Shown piece by piece: positions 11,201 through 20,665 of a DNA stretch of 64,000 bases. How positions within the stretch are numbered: the stretch's first letter is position 1; each line of letters starts with the position of its first letter. Both the position numbers and the translations under genes were made by a program. Under the pieces are notes generated by a model. That model did no database searches and was not told the origin of the DNA. It saw only the letters and a program-made list of their open reading frames with translations. Source of the stretch: an uncultured Armatimonadetes bacterium (GTDB lineage Bacteria > Armatimonadota > UBA5829 > DTJY01); NCBI GenBank assembly GCA_963717145.1, contig OY970325.1, positions 5,184,001-5,248,000 on the forward strand, written 5' to 3'.

Positions 11201-11432
11201 CCTGCACGATCACCGTGTTGCAGTTTGCCTGGCGAATCTGGCCGAGGCTGCTTCCATTGCCCGCAACTCCGAGGAGCGTGTCTACCTGGGCCTGGCTGAG
11301 GACACCCGCTCCCCAGGCATCTACCCAGAAAGCCCTGTACTCGGCTGCTGATGCCACCGACATACAGCCCGTGACCATTACGGCCACCACGAAAACCAAG
11401 AGAATCCCGAGACGTGATGTGGTGCTGGACAT
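8241..11432 (-). CDS. Secreted GHL10 (DUF187-type) glycoside hydrolase with carboxypeptidase-regulatory-like, 3 FN3 and 2 golvesin-like domains
   Basis: EYRAFWVDAW, VIVQVRR, EVHAW, DGIHFDYIRF, WRRDQV; three PTNLxATxxSxxxIxLTWTASTDN repeats; two IIDNP..KYGADYRF modules. Confidence 0.88.
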   Translation of the reverse strand: MSSTTSRLGILLVFVVAVMVTGCMSVASAAEYRAFWVDAWGAGVLSQAQVDTLLGVAGNGSSLGQIRQANCNTVIVQVRRNCDANYPSSMGEPYMSGLSPAQFNSVQAVIDAAHDTTGGKKRIEVHAWMVTFRTSGGAVYAAHSDTPTGSLINLDNYWPSRTSAGAETADKAFDPGHPLAEDYTVNVAMDLVNNFDLDGIHFDYIRFTGGNEGYNPTSIARYNARYGLSGQPSSTNDQFDQWRRDQVSNLVRKVYAKVQASKPSVKVSGSFVTWNPSPTASTRAAFQATRPYGNRTDGVFCDWDAMMQEGIVDLSIPMTYYDYASSPSDWTRWINFIKDRQFNRQAIIGPGIYLNSLSNAILEIQQTRTASPAGHYATGFSGYSYRVPYESGTWAGFSPTLVAQVTPTWDDIPDMPWKTNPTEGHISGTVTDAATTKWIDGATVSLTGPENRSMLTDGTGFYAFIDLTSGTYTVTVSKTGYPNSVRTVYLMIGEVTGNMYVRDIALGGTPDTTPPSVPTNLSATAVSATQVDLTWTASTDNVGVTGYKIFRDSVQIDTSATTSYSDPTCSPNTTYSYTVSAYDAAGNNSAQSAADVVTTPAGGGADLIIDNPQATFTGSWSTGTSSGDKYGADYRFITGQTGETGTAQWRPNIALAGNYDVSCWYPQGANRATAAPYIVYWNGGSQQVNMNQQSGGGTWHVLVSNKPFVTGTAGYLKLGNATGQTSLVVMADAARFFQVGGGPDTEPPTVPTNLAATAVSSSQINLTWTASTDNVAVTGYRIFRNDVEVGTSPTTSFSDPGLTQYTTYTYKVTAYDAMSNESAQSTPAGTTTWDGQAPTVPTNLSATPISSTRIDLTWTASTDNAGVTGYKVFRNSSQIGTSGDATYSDITCLPNTTYTYEVSAYDARSNESAHSAPAIATTPPGSMAEIIIDNPAAVYVGTWSTGTTATEKYGADYRFATTAVTTGRTAKFTPTIANAGGYDLYAWWSAGSNRATNAPYFCQWNGGSQTVNANQSINGGMWRSLLTNRSMAVGTAGFIRLGNGTGSTTKVVIADAVRFQQVN

Positions 11433-11525
11433 TACCTTACCCTTTCGCGTTCTAGTCCGAGGGAGCAAGTCGACGCCCAGCAGAAGGTGGCGTTCTGCGG
11501 AGTTGACCATCTTCCTCTGGGCATG

Positions 11526-11554
11526 ATTCTATGCTATATTGCTGAGGAGGTCAA
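11526..11554 (-). promoter_or_regulatory. Sigma70-type promoter for the GHL10 gene
   Basis: TTGACC (11554-11549), 17 nt spacer, TAGAAT (11531-11526). Confidence 0.6.
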
Positions 11555-11622
11555 CATGTTTGTGCAAAATTCACGTATTATTTCCTCTTTCCCGGTCCGG
11601 CATCAACCATCAACCATTTCCC

Positions 11623-12471
11623 TCATCCTTTCAAGCCCGTCATCGCGATGCCTTCGGTGATGCGCTTCTGGAAGACGAGGAACGCGAGGATGATCGGGAC
11701 GGTGCAGACGGCGGCCGCCGCCATCGTGAGGCCGAACTCCTGCGTGTATCGGCCCTGGAAGATCATGATGCCGATCGGGAGGGTCCGGAGGTTGATGTCG
11801 TTCGTGATGATCAGCGGCCAGGCGAAATCGTTCCACGAGCCGATGAACGTGAAGATCGCAAGTGCCGCGAGCGCCGGTTTCGCAAGCGGGAGGATCACCT
11901 TCCAGTAGATCGTGATCGGGCTCGCGCCGTCCATGAACGCGGCCTCCTCCAGCTCGACCGGTATCTGCATGAAGAACTGCCTCAGCAGGAAGACTCCGAA
12001 TCCGCCCGCGAGCCCGGGGATGATCAGCCCGTAGTAGCTGTTGAACCATCCGAGCTTCTGCACGATCAGGAACACGGGGATGAGCGTGATCTGCGCCGGG
12101 ATGATCATCGTGGCGACGACGATCATGAACCCCAGCTCCCGGCCCTTGAATTCCAGGCGGGCGAACGCATAGGCCGCGGTGCTCGCGATGAGCAGGACGA
12201 GGCCGGTCACCATCGAGGAGACGAAGATGCTGTTCCAGAGCCATCGGAAGACCGGGAAGTCCTTGGCCTGGGTGAAGAGGCCGACGAAGTTCTCGGTCGT
12301 GGCGGGGTGGGGGATCCACTGGGGCACGGCGCTCAGAACGGCGGACTCGTGCTTGAGGGATGTGGAGAGCATCCACACGATCGGCGCGAGCATCGTGATC
12401 GCCCCCAGGGTCATGATCCCCTGGGCGATCAGGTGTCTTACCGGTACAGGTTTTCGTCGTCTTGTTGCCAT
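11623..12471 (-). CDS. Carbohydrate ABC transporter permease (MalG-like)
   Basis: EAA loop IPVELEEAAFMDGAS, SWNDFAWPLI, multiple TM segments. Confidence 0.95.
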   Translation of the reverse strand: MATRRRKPVPVRHLIAQGIMTLGAITMLAPIVWMLSTSLKHESAVLSAVPQWIPHPATTENFVGLFTQAKDFPVFRWLWNSIFVSSMVTGLVLLIASTAAYAFARLEFKGRELGFMIVVATMIIPAQITLIPVFLIVQKLGWFNSYYGLIIPGLAGGFGVFLLRQFFMQIPVELEEAAFMDGASPITIYWKVILPLAKPALAALAIFTFIGSWNDFAWPLIITNDINLRTLPIGIMIFQGRYTQEFGLTMAAAAVCTVPIILAFLVFQKRITEGIAMTGLKG

Positions 12472-12495
12472 AGGTTATCTGTGCAATCCATGATT

Positions 12496-13158
12496 CTATT
12501 CGTTGCTGGCCGGCTCCATCTGCTTCTCACAGTATCTGGCAAACCACGCTGCATACCTTTCGGCGGCCTTAGCGTTCTTGTCGAACGTGTTCCGTCGGTC
12601 AACGTGATGGCCAATCTCATGCAACAACACATCTCTGAGGTAGAAATCCCGCAGAGATTCCATCGTGAAAGTGAACACCCAGCCGTTACGATCCTGACGG
12701 TACGAGGCACCGACCCTTTCATATTCCTGAACAACGTGTGGCGGCGGAAGTCTCTTGTGCCGCTCGACAAGAAGCTTCTTCGGGAATGCACTCAGGTAGA
12801 TTCGGGTATGTACGTAGCGTCCATAGCAAGCGAGTTCCCCGAGCGCCACCTTGTGCTGCTTTGCAGTTCCTCCCAGAAGGTGAACGCCCTCCAGACCTTT
12901 CAGGTACTCCACCGGAACGCGGCACAGGGTGTCGTACACATCCTGCGGCGTAACCGGTGACACGAACAGATGGTGAACACCGTGCTGAAAGATAGGGATT
13001 CGCTCGTCACCGAACTCCAGAATCAGAGACGGCCGCACTGATGGCGGCAGGGCCTCGATCTCGCCATCCAACGGATCGAACTCCCGCCAGTTCGTATACT
13101 TGCTCTCTGAGTACATATTGGAGCGCGTTCCGCTGCCTCGTTTGGGCCCGCGTGACAT
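12496..13158 (-). CDS. Hypothetical protein with HExxH zinc-metallopeptidase motif
   Basis: VLLHEIGHHVD followed by AERYA; ATG 13158 chosen from the purine-rich leader, start uncertain. Confidence 0.65.
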   Translation of the reverse strand: MSRGPKRGSGTRSNMYSESKYTNWREFDPLDGEIEALPPSVRPSLILEFGDERIPIFQHGVHHLFVSPVTPQDVYDTLCRVPVEYLKGLEGVHLLGGTAKQHKVALGELACYGRYVHTRIYLSAFPKKLLVERHKRLPPPHVVQEYERVGASYRQDRNGWVFTFTMESLRDFYLRDVLLHEIGHHVDRRNTFDKNAKAAERYAAWFARYCEKQMEPASNE

Positions 13159-13187
13159 GTCACCACTCTCCCCAGCCGTGCATATGC

Positions 13188-13682
13188 TCAGTACAAAAAC
13201 GGAATCAGTTTGCATGCCCGGCGCTGATATGCGGCGTAGCCCGGGAACTTGTCTTTCAGCCAATGCTCCTCACGGCGCGACTTGATATCAAAGAAGACGA
13301 ACAGCAGCACCGCATACCCGATCGTCAGCCATCCATTGACGAGCAGCGCCCATCCCAAAGCGATCAGGATTCCGCCGCTGTAGATCGGATGGCGCACGAA
13401 CCGATACGGACCGGTCTGCACCAGGACCGCGCCCTCCCTGGGATAGGGCATTGGCGTCAGACTCCTCGATCCAAGGCTGAACATCCCGGCAGCCAGTAGG
13501 AGCGCGCCGATTGCCATCAGCACAGCGCCGACGACGGATGCCGCCCGCGCGTAGGTCGAGGGCCACACCGGCCACCCCGGTAGTGTCCGAGGGCCGAAGA
13601 ACACCAGCGCCATCAAGGCGAGCTGCCCGATCACGTACCACTCGCCGTGTTTTCCCTTCCACCATGGACTTTGTGATTCCAT
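13188..13682 (-). CDS. Isoprenylcysteine carboxyl methyltransferase/PEMT-family membrane protein
   Basis: LVQTGPYRFVRHPIYSG, EEHWL..YAAY..LIPFLY; SD GGAGGGGG before ATG 13682. Confidence 0.9.
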   Translation of the reverse strand: MESQSPWWKGKHGEWYVIGQLALMALVFFGPRTLPGWPVWPSTYARAASVVGAVLMAIGALLLAAGMFSLGSRSLTPMPYPREGAVLVQTGPYRFVRHPIYSGGILIALGWALLVNGWLTIGYAVLLFVFFDIKSRREEHWLKDKFPGYAAYQRRACKLIPFLY

Positions 13683-13699
13683 ACTCCCCCTCCATGCTC

Positions 13700-13858
13700 G
13701 GGAGATTCGAAGCTCGAAGCACGAAATACGAAACAACAAGGCAAATGGGAAAAAGGGCAAATCCGAAAACCATCCGGCGGAGGCTCGTTTGCCTTTCTGC
13801 TTCTTCAGTCATTGGAAGTTTGTTTCGGATTTCGAGTTTCGAGTTTCGTGCTTCTCCC
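13700..13858. repeat. Inverted pair of heptamer arrays (CGAAATA/CGAAGCT vs TTTCGAG) around an ~80-nt spacer
   Basis: attcgaagctcgaagcacgaaatacgaaacaa (13705-13736) pairs imperfectly with ttgtttcggatttcgagtttcgagtttcgtgcttc (13820-13854). Confidence 0.85.
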
Positions 13859-13862
13859 CTGG

Positions 13863-14771
13863 TCACGTCCTCTTGAACGACAAGAGCTTGAATTGCAGGA
13901 TCGTGAATACCAGCACCGCCGCGAAGAGGACATATCCCACCGCCGCCGCGTATCCGAGCTGGTAGAGACCGAATCCCTGCTGATACATATATAGAATGAC
14001 GGTCAGCGTTGAGTAATACGGACCGCCGCCGGTGAGTATATAAGTTTGCCCGAAGACCTGCGACGAGCCGATCACCGACATCACCAGGCAGAAAAGCATC
14101 GTCGGGCGGATCAGCGGTACGGTGACGTTCCAGAACCTCTGCATCGAGGTCGCGCCGTCGATCTCCGCCGCCTCCAGGAGTTCCCTCGGCACGTTCTTCA
14201 GGCCGGCGAGGTAGATCAGCATGTTTCCGCCCGCTCCCCACCAGACCGAGAGGAGCGCGATCGCCGGCATCGCGGTCGATGTGCTCCGAAGCCAGCCGAC
14301 CTCCCAGTTGCCGGAGAAGATGCTCGGCGCGATCGAGTGGAACATGCCACCCATCCGCGCCAGGTAGTAGTTCAGCAGGCCGAAATCCGAGCTGTAGAGC
14401 CACCGCCAGAGGATTGCCGTCACCGAGACCGACGTGAGCACGGGCAGGTAGTAGGCGACCTTGTAGATCGTCGTGCCCCGGTAGTTCTGGTTGAGGCCGA
14501 CCGCCATAAGCAGGGAGAGCGCATTCCCCGCCGGGACGACCATGATGACGAAGAACGCGGTTCTCAGGGCGGCAGTCCGGAACAAGTCGTCCTTCAGGAC
14601 ATCTGCATAGTTGCCGAATCCGATGAACTCCGGCCTGGGTGCCAGGATGTACCACTTGTGCAGGCTGATGAAGAAGCCATAGAGCACCGGCGCGACTACG
14701 AACACCAGGAAGAGCGTGGTGTATGGCAGCAGGAACATTGCGGCGTATTTGTTTCGGTTCCAGAGCTTCAT
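13863..14771 (-). CDS. Carbohydrate ABC transporter permease (MalF-like)
   Basis: FIGFGNY, YLAGLKNVPRELLEAAEIDGA, GYAAA; ATG overlaps the upstream stop (ATGA). Confidence 0.95.
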   Translation of the reverse strand: MKLWNRNKYAAMFLLPYTTLFLVFVVAPVLYGFFISLHKWYILAPRPEFIGFGNYADVLKDDLFRTAALRTAFFVIMVVPAGNALSLLMAVGLNQNYRGTTIYKVAYYLPVLTSVSVTAILWRWLYSSDFGLLNYYLARMGGMFHSIAPSIFSGNWEVGWLRSTSTAMPAIALLSVWWGAGGNMLIYLAGLKNVPRELLEAAEIDGATSMQRFWNVTVPLIRPTMLFCLVMSVIGSSQVFGQTYILTGGGPYYSTLTVILYMYQQGFGLYQLGYAAAVGYVLFAAVLVFTILQFKLLSFKRT

Positions 14772-15850
14772 TTGTGCTCCGAGATGGCATCGCGCACGGC
14801 CTCGAGGTATCCCATGCCGTTGACGGTATCCGGCTCGAGATAGCTCCCCTCGCTCCATTCGTTCCAGGCGTTCACAGTAATCAGCCGCGGCGACAGGTGA
14901 TGGGAATCGACATGCTCAATCGCGCGCCGCAGATACCGGCCGAAAAGCTCGGGTGTCGCTCCTGTCACGACATTCGCATCGAAGCTCTTGTAGCGAGGGT
15001 TCGTGTCCCAGCCCACCGAGATGTGCGGGTAGAAGGGCACTGAGAACTCGCCCGCCCATCCGTCCCATGCCGCCACAGCGTGATCCGCCCAGGTCGCATA
15101 GTCACAGCCTGCACCCACATAGTGAGCCCATTGGTAGTTGGTCAGGCTGTCGAACCCGAGGTATCGGACTGTGTCGTCCTGGGTCGGCGATCCCGGGAAT
15201 AGCGCCCAGAGAAGGCCCTGCAGATGGATGCCAGGGAGTCCGTGAGCCTTGGCCTTGGTTCGGAAGGCTTCCAGCGCATCCCGTGCGGCCTCCAATCCGC
15301 CGAGTCCGTCGATCAAGGTCTTCAGTTCATATATCGCGAATACCGGCTTGCCGTCAATCCTGTAATACGACGGATGGCCGAAGTACTCGCTGACAACGCG
15401 ATCGGTCGCTTGGTCGAAAGTGGCGCGATCCACCGCTCCGGGCCAGATGACCTCATGCTTATGCGACCGCTCGATGTCCCAGAGGGTCGAAGCGTCGTGG
15501 TTGGCCCACATGAGGTAGAAGCCCATCCGATCGTTGTTTGCCGCTCCCATGAAACCCCGGCGAAGGGCGTCCTCGAGAAACGGCTGGTTGTTGTACCAAT
15601 ACCAGTCGAAGATGAAGACGTTGACGCCATGGTCGGCAGCCGCCTCGATCTTCCTTGCCATCACCGATGGATCCGCTTCGTCCTCATATCCCCACAAGGG
15701 AACTCGAGGCTGGTTGTGGCCCGGGAAGCGCGGTACTGCCTTGCGAATCGTCTCCCATTCGCCCTGTCCCTCGGGCATGAACCTCCGCCACAGCGGTTCG
15801 TCATGGTATGCCGGCCAGTAGTAAGCCGCGATGTCGTAATTCCGGTTCAT
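14768..15850 (-). CDS. GH99-like/WbsX-family glycoside hydrolase
   Basis: IAAYYWP, FIFDWYWY, MWANHD, NAWNEWSEGSYLEPD; alternative start GTG 15913. Confidence 0.88.
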   Translation of the reverse strand: MNRNYDIAAYYWPAYHDEPLWRRFMPEGQGEWETIRKAVPRFPGHNQPRVPLWGYEDEADPSVMARKIEAAADHGVNVFIFDWYWYNNQPFLEDALRRGFMGAANNDRMGFYLMWANHDASTLWDIERSHKHEVIWPGAVDRATFDQATDRVVSEYFGHPSYYRIDGKPVFAIYELKTLIDGLGGLEAARDALEAFRTKAKAHGLPGIHLQGLLWALFPGSPTQDDTVRYLGFDSLTNYQWAHYVGAGCDYATWADHAVAAWDGWAGEFSVPFYPHISVGWDTNPRYKSFDANVVTGATPELFGRYLRRAIEHVDSHHLSPRLITVNAWNEWSEGSYLEPDTVNGMGYLEAVRDAISEHK

Positions 15851-15909
15851 GTGTTCCTCACTCGTGTTCTCCTCAGCTCCGTTGCTCACCTTCATGGGGA
15901 TCGTCCCCG

Positions 15910-18900
15910 TCACTTCTCTTGCTTGATACTGTTGAGACCAAGGCGCAGCGCCTCCGCGTTCCAGGCGGCTACCTCCACGCTGAGGTCTGAGATCGGCGAC
16001 TTCAGTTCGCGCGATATCAGGTCCAGACCGGTCATGTCAGTTCGAACCAACCCCTCCACTGTGACCCGCTCACCCGGTCGCAGCCACATGTAGTTGTCTG
16101 ACCAGATGGCGGAATGAGTGTCAGGCGTGATGGTCAGGCTCACCGGGTACGCAGGGCGTGTTCCGGCGTTCCGTACCTCGACAGTGACAATGGCTTCCCT
16201 CTCCGAGAGCACGCGCACGGCTCTGACGGAGGCAGCGAGCCTGGTGGGGACACGTTGTATCTGCGGTTTGAGCCAGGGGCCTTCCTTTGATAGTGCCCTG
16301 GCGTCTTCGTTGTGGACCCTGAAGTAGTACAACTGCCGGGAGAGCCGTTCACCACCCCTGGCCTGGAGAGTCAGCTCGAAGAAGTAGAATGCTCTGGGCG
16401 CATTGGGCGGCGCTTTCCACGAGATATCGGTCGCTGTGCTCGGAACTCCGCCTGACGGTATGCTCACGGCCCAGCTTCTCTCCAGTGCCGGCCGCATCCC
16501 CGGATCGAGGATCCTCGCAGTGATCCGCGCCCCTGTGACGCTTTTCCCTGTGCTGTTCACCGCGCATACAGACGCACGGAAGTCCCCGCCCTGAGCCATG
16601 CTGTACCAGCTCCCGACGAACATCTCTCCGGGTTTGGTCCAGTTCGTGCTGACCCTGGCCTGGATGTGAACAGGCTCGTGCGCGCGCTTCATCGTGTAGT
16701 ATGCGACCTGCGGCTGCCCGAACCAGTCTATCACATGCCATGCCGATGTCGGCGCCTGGGGGTTGAAGCCCCAGAACGCCTGACCCCCGACCTCCGGGAA
16801 CCTCGACCGCATCTGTTCCGCGGCGTAGGCATTGCAGTCAGCGCGGAACATCTGCTGAGCTTCTACGAAATCGGCAATCCCGGCTTCCGAGAGGTCTACG
16901 TACCACGAGGCAGGCGGCCAGTACACCGGGGTCAGCCAACTCCACTCCAGAAACTGCTCACGGAACAACGGGTGCGCATCGCCGAACTTCGTGAAGTCAT
17001 AGCCGACGGGGTTCGAATCGAGTTCCCGTTCCGGCAGCACCCTCTTCAGTTGGGAGAAGTTCGTGAAGCCATAGGCATAGTGCCATTCGGCCGCAAACCC
17101 AAGCTCGGGCTGATCGTAGTGGGGGTAATGCCAGGACCCGCCGCCGGTGGATGACATGCGGAACGGTCTGTCGTCGTATGACGCAACGACGTCGCGAGCC
17201 ACACCCAGGACCGCCATCATCTCATTGCGATACGGCACGTACTCGTTGCCTCCGCAGTAGAGAGCCAAGCACGGGTGCTGCCTCAATCTGAGCACGGTCT
17301 GGGTAAGCTGTTCACGCCATGTAGACAGAGGGATGTCGGTCCCGCGTCCTCCGGTCACGTGGATGTCCTGCCACACAAGAATCCCGCTCTCGTCACAGAG
17401 GTTGTAGAAGTGCTCGTCCTCGTAGAGCGCGTTCCCTCCATTCAGGCGGAACAGGTTGATGCCTGACATCCTTGCGGCTTTGACGTACCATTCCTGGCGC
17501 ACCTGCTTGTGGGCGAACAACCCTTCTGCGGTGTGCCAGTTGGTACCGTTAGCGTAGAACGGAATCCCGTTCACTACAAAGAGGAAGCGATGGGACTCGT
17601 CGGAGAGCTTCATGGCGTCGTACACCAGCGGCTCCGAGACCGGGTCTGCGCCCCATACGCAACTCTCGCTCCTCGGAGAGCCAGGAGGCGATGGGTTGCG
17701 GCGGAGTTCCACAGTCCGGACGCCGAATCGCGTGGATATGCGGTCGTGCTCCGTGGCCTCGTTCATGAGAGTCAGTTCCAGGCGGTAGAGAGGCTGAGCG
17801 CCGAGCCCGTTTGGCCACCAGAGCCGGGGGCTCGGCAGCTCGATCCGCGTCTCCCAGAAGGAAGTGCCTGCCGCAACAGGCTGGTTGGTGACGACCTCCC
17901 ACGCAGTCTTTCCGGTGGTCAGATCGGTGATCCGAGCGCGCACCGTTCCGTCGAAACGCTCACCTGAGTTCGCGATCATCGCCTGAGCCCAGAGCGTCGC
18001 CTTGCCCTTGCCGATCGATTCCGTTCGCACGTACGGGGCCTCGACGCAGGCCTTCCCTGTCGACACGAGGCGGACAGACTGCCACAGCCCGATGGTTCTG
18101 CACCTGTTGCCCCAGAGGTTCCAGCCGTTGAGCGCGAGCGGCTTCAAGGCAGGTCCGGTATCATGCATGAGGCGTACCAGGATCTCATGGTCCTTGCCGG
18201 GCGTGAGGCGATCCGATACACCGAACGTCGGCCCGCCGAACATGCCCTCGTGGTTCCCGAGGAACTCGCCGTCGAGCCAGACGGCCGCCAGGTAGTCGAT
18301 GCCATCGAACCGGAGTCTGACCTGCCTGCCCGACCACTCTGTCGGGACATTGAACCGACGGCGGAGGTACCAATCGCTGTTCTGTATCCACTGAAGCTGC
18401 TGGTAGTTGTCCGCCCACCATGGACTAAGCGTCTTCCCGGCGAGGTAGAGCGCGTACTGGATGGTGTTGGGCATTTCCACCGTCGTCCACTGGTCGCGGG
18501 CCGGGACATCGGGCTTGATAGAGAAAGGCGTCTTCGCCTGGCTCAGTTCCCAGTCTCCATCCAACCGCAGTTCCTGCGAGTCGGATCTGTCCGCCATAGG
18601 GACCGATGTGTAGACCCTCGATCCGGCCGCCCGCCGTGTATGGATGGCGGCCATTTCGGGGCCGCTCTTGAGTATCGCGGCATAGCCTGCGATCAACCAG
18701 TCCCGAACACCGGCGTCCAATGGGGTCCAGCCTGTGTAGTGGATGACAGCGCCCTGGGAGATGCTCGCGGCGTACAGGCAGGAGTGGCCGAAGAGGTTGT
18801 CCACGTATGAGTACACCGGAACGGCGCTTTGATCGATCGACCGAGAGTAGCTGACCACGTGCTGACCGAGATTCGGCGACGGGATGCCGGCTTTCTCACC

Positions 18901-19413
18901 GGCCTCCGTCAGCCTCATCGTGCGGCCGTCCGAGCCTGGGTCGCCCACTATGCGCCAGGTGAGGCCCAGGAAGTCGCGCTGACCCTCACCCGCGCCGGTG
19001 CCGATAGCCCCGGTATTGACATCACGCCACTTGTAGTGCGATGCGCCCATCGGCATGATGTATATGCCGCCGGACCTGACATACTCGGTTATGGCCTTGG
19101 AGATCACGCCATTCAGGTTGCCCTCTTCAGGGTAACAGTGGTCCGTCGGGATCATTATCGCCCTGTAGGCCCTGAGCTTCCCGACATCTCGGAGTACATC
19201 GGCGCCGATGATCTCAGCCTGTACCCCATGCTTTCCGAAGAGTTCAGCAATGGTGTCGCTCTCCCAGTCTGCCTTCCACTCCCTGATGAAGTCATCGGTG
19301 AGGAGGAGACGGTGATCCACAATACCGATTCTGACCGTCGTGCCAATGGTCGAGCCGAAAGCGGCTCCAGTGCAGAATCCCAGCATCAACACTGCGGACA
19401 CAAGCTTGCTCAT
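15910..19413 (-). CDS. Secreted GH2-like (beta-mannosidase-type) glycoside hydrolase with extra N-terminal domain
   Basis: LRFDGIDY, LWWPNGLGAQPLY, GTNW, GILVWQD, CGGNE; signal peptide MSKLVSAVLMLG from ATG 19413 overlapping the upstream stop. Confidence 0.88.
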   Translation of the reverse strand: MSKLVSAVLMLGFCTGAAFGSTIGTTVRIGIVDHRLLLTDDFIREWKADWESDTIAELFGKHGVQAEIIGADVLRDVGKLRAYRAIMIPTDHCYPEEGNLNGVISKAITEYVRSGGIYIMPMGASHYKWRDVNTGAIGTGAGEGQRDFLGLTWRIVGDPGSDGRTMRLTEAGEKAGIPSPNLGQHVVSYSRSIDQSAVPVYSYVDNLFGHSCLYAASISQGAVIHYTGWTPLDAGVRDWLIAGYAAILKSGPEMAAIHTRRAAGSRVYTSVPMADRSDSQELRLDGDWELSQAKTPFSIKPDVPARDQWTTVEMPNTIQYALYLAGKTLSPWWADNYQQLQWIQNSDWYLRRRFNVPTEWSGRQVRLRFDGIDYLAAVWLDGEFLGNHEGMFGGPTFGVSDRLTPGKDHEILVRLMHDTGPALKPLALNGWNLWGNRCRTIGLWQSVRLVSTGKACVEAPYVRTESIGKGKATLWAQAMIANSGERFDGTVRARITDLTTGKTAWEVVTNQPVAAGTSFWETRIELPSPRLWWPNGLGAQPLYRLELTLMNEATEHDRISTRFGVRTVELRRNPSPPGSPRSESCVWGADPVSEPLVYDAMKLSDESHRFLFVVNGIPFYANGTNWHTAEGLFAHKQVRQEWYVKAARMSGINLFRLNGGNALYEDEHFYNLCDESGILVWQDIHVTGGRGTDIPLSTWREQLTQTVLRLRQHPCLALYCGGNEYVPYRNEMMAVLGVARDVVASYDDRPFRMSSTGGGSWHYPHYDQPELGFAAEWHYAYGFTNFSQLKRVLPERELDSNPVGYDFTKFGDAHPLFREQFLEWSWLTPVYWPPASWYVDLSEAGIADFVEAQQMFRADCNAYAAEQMRSRFPEVGGQAFWGFNPQAPTSAWHVIDWFGQPQVAYYTMKRAHEPVHIQARVSTNWTKPGEMFVGSWYSMAQGGDFRASVCAVNSTGKSVTGARITARILDPGMRPALERSWAVSIPSGGVPSTATDISWKAPPNAPRAFYFFELTLQARGGERLSRQLYYFRVHNEDARALSKEGPWLKPQIQRVPTRLAASVRAVRVLSEREAIVTVEVRNAGTRPAYPVSLTITPDTHSAIWSDNYMWLRPGERVTVEGLVRTDMTGLDLISRELKSPISDLSVEVAAWNAEALRLGLNSIKQEK

Positions 19414-20651
19414 TGAGCCTTGTCCTTCGGGGGCGCGGGAATCTTCTTCGACAGGTTGCCGGAGATGATCTTGTTCGCGCCCGGCTCGGAGTGATCGGTC
19501 ATCGCCTCGAACGGTGAAGGCTGGAACATGTTGTTCGTGATGCTGAAGTTGTTGGCGCCTTTCTCGATCACCACTCCGGGCCCGTTGGCGTCCATGGTGC
19601 AAGCGCTGATCAGCACATTGTCGCCGCCTTCGATGCGCACCGCGGGCACGGTCGGCCAGCCATCGCCATTCTTGCCCAGCGAGCATCCCGTGACGGTGAG
19701 GCTGCCGCACTTCCGCGAGATGATCGCCGGCTCGCCGTTCGACCGCAGGTCCGATCCCGCAACCGTGATGCGTCCCGGACCATCGAGCCTGAGGCTGCAA
19801 CCGTGCGACCACGAGCTGAGCCCGTTGATCACGAGTTCGGTGGCGTCCTCCACCACCACGCCCTGAGCACTGAAGTCGACGCAGCATCCGGTCATCTGGC
19901 CTCGGGTATTACCGTGCTTGTCCTTGACGAACAGGTATCCAACCTTGCAGTTGAAGGCAAAACAGTCGTCTATGCGTATTCCATCGTTTCTGCCAAACTT
20001 GAAGCCGATCGCTTCCTGCACCAGTTCTGGAACGGTATTCCAGACCTCGACATTCCTGAGCGTAGGAATGTCGAGCGTATGCGTGACGTACACCCCGCAT
20101 TTCCAGGCCGAGATGATGAATATGTTCTCCAGGTTGAGCCGCCCTATGTTCGACTCACCGTCAGCCATAATGCCCTCATACGGGAAATGGATGGTCAGGT
20201 TGGTAAGGGATATGCCGCCACCGGACAAGAGGATCGTGGGACCAAACTTGCGCGGCCTCTCACCCTTATGATCGTACTCGAAGGTGAGGCCGTGAACGGA
20301 TGCTCCCATCTTGGCCAGGATGCACGGGCCGTCAGTGAAATCAACCCGTATCATGGGAAGTGGCCGGTTGTCCGCCGGCCATCCGCCGTCCGACAGCCCG
20401 GAGAGTAGGGCGCCCTCGATTGTCAGCGTCTTTGTCACCCGGTACTCGCCCGCCGGGAGCACCACATTCCCGCCCCTCTTGAGCGAGGATGCCTCATCCA
20501 GCGCCTTCTGTATGGCAGCCGTGTCGTCGTGCTTGCCGTCACCGACAGCGCCGAATGCCTTGACATCGATGGCGCTGCCTGCTGCCCACGCGATCGTGGA
20601 CAAGCAGAACGATAGCGCGACGATTATGGGGATACCTCTAACAGAGTTCAC
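19410..20651 (-). CDS. Secreted pectate-lyase-3/GH28-like beta-helix protein
   Basis: DVKAFGAVGDGKHDDTAAIQKALD..LPAGEY followed by beta-helix repeats; signal peptide. Confidence 0.85.
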   Translation of the reverse strand: MNSVRGIPIIVALSFCLSTIAWAAGSAIDVKAFGAVGDGKHDDTAAIQKALDEASSLKRGGNVVLPAGEYRVTKTLTIEGALLSGLSDGGWPADNRPLPMIRVDFTDGPCILAKMGASVHGLTFEYDHKGERPRKFGPTILLSGGGISLTNLTIHFPYEGIMADGESNIGRLNLENIFIISAWKCGVYVTHTLDIPTLRNVEVWNTVPELVQEAIGFKFGRNDGIRIDDCFAFNCKVGYLFVKDKHGNTRGQMTGCCVDFSAQGVVVEDATELVINGLSSWSHGCSLRLDGPGRITVAGSDLRSNGEPAIISRKCGSLTVTGCSLGKNGDGWPTVPAVRIEGGDNVLISACTMDANGPGVVIEKGANNFSITNNMFQPSPFEAMTDHSEPGANKIISGNLSKKIPAPPKDKAQ

Positions 20652-20665
20652 GTTTTCCTCCTCAG

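Noticed and set aside
11539-12960. Long antisense or alternate-frame ORFs (e.g. 473 aa here, 46046-47416, 52878-54116, 13288-14790)
   Set aside because: Shadow ORFs of high-GC genes with no recognisable motifs.
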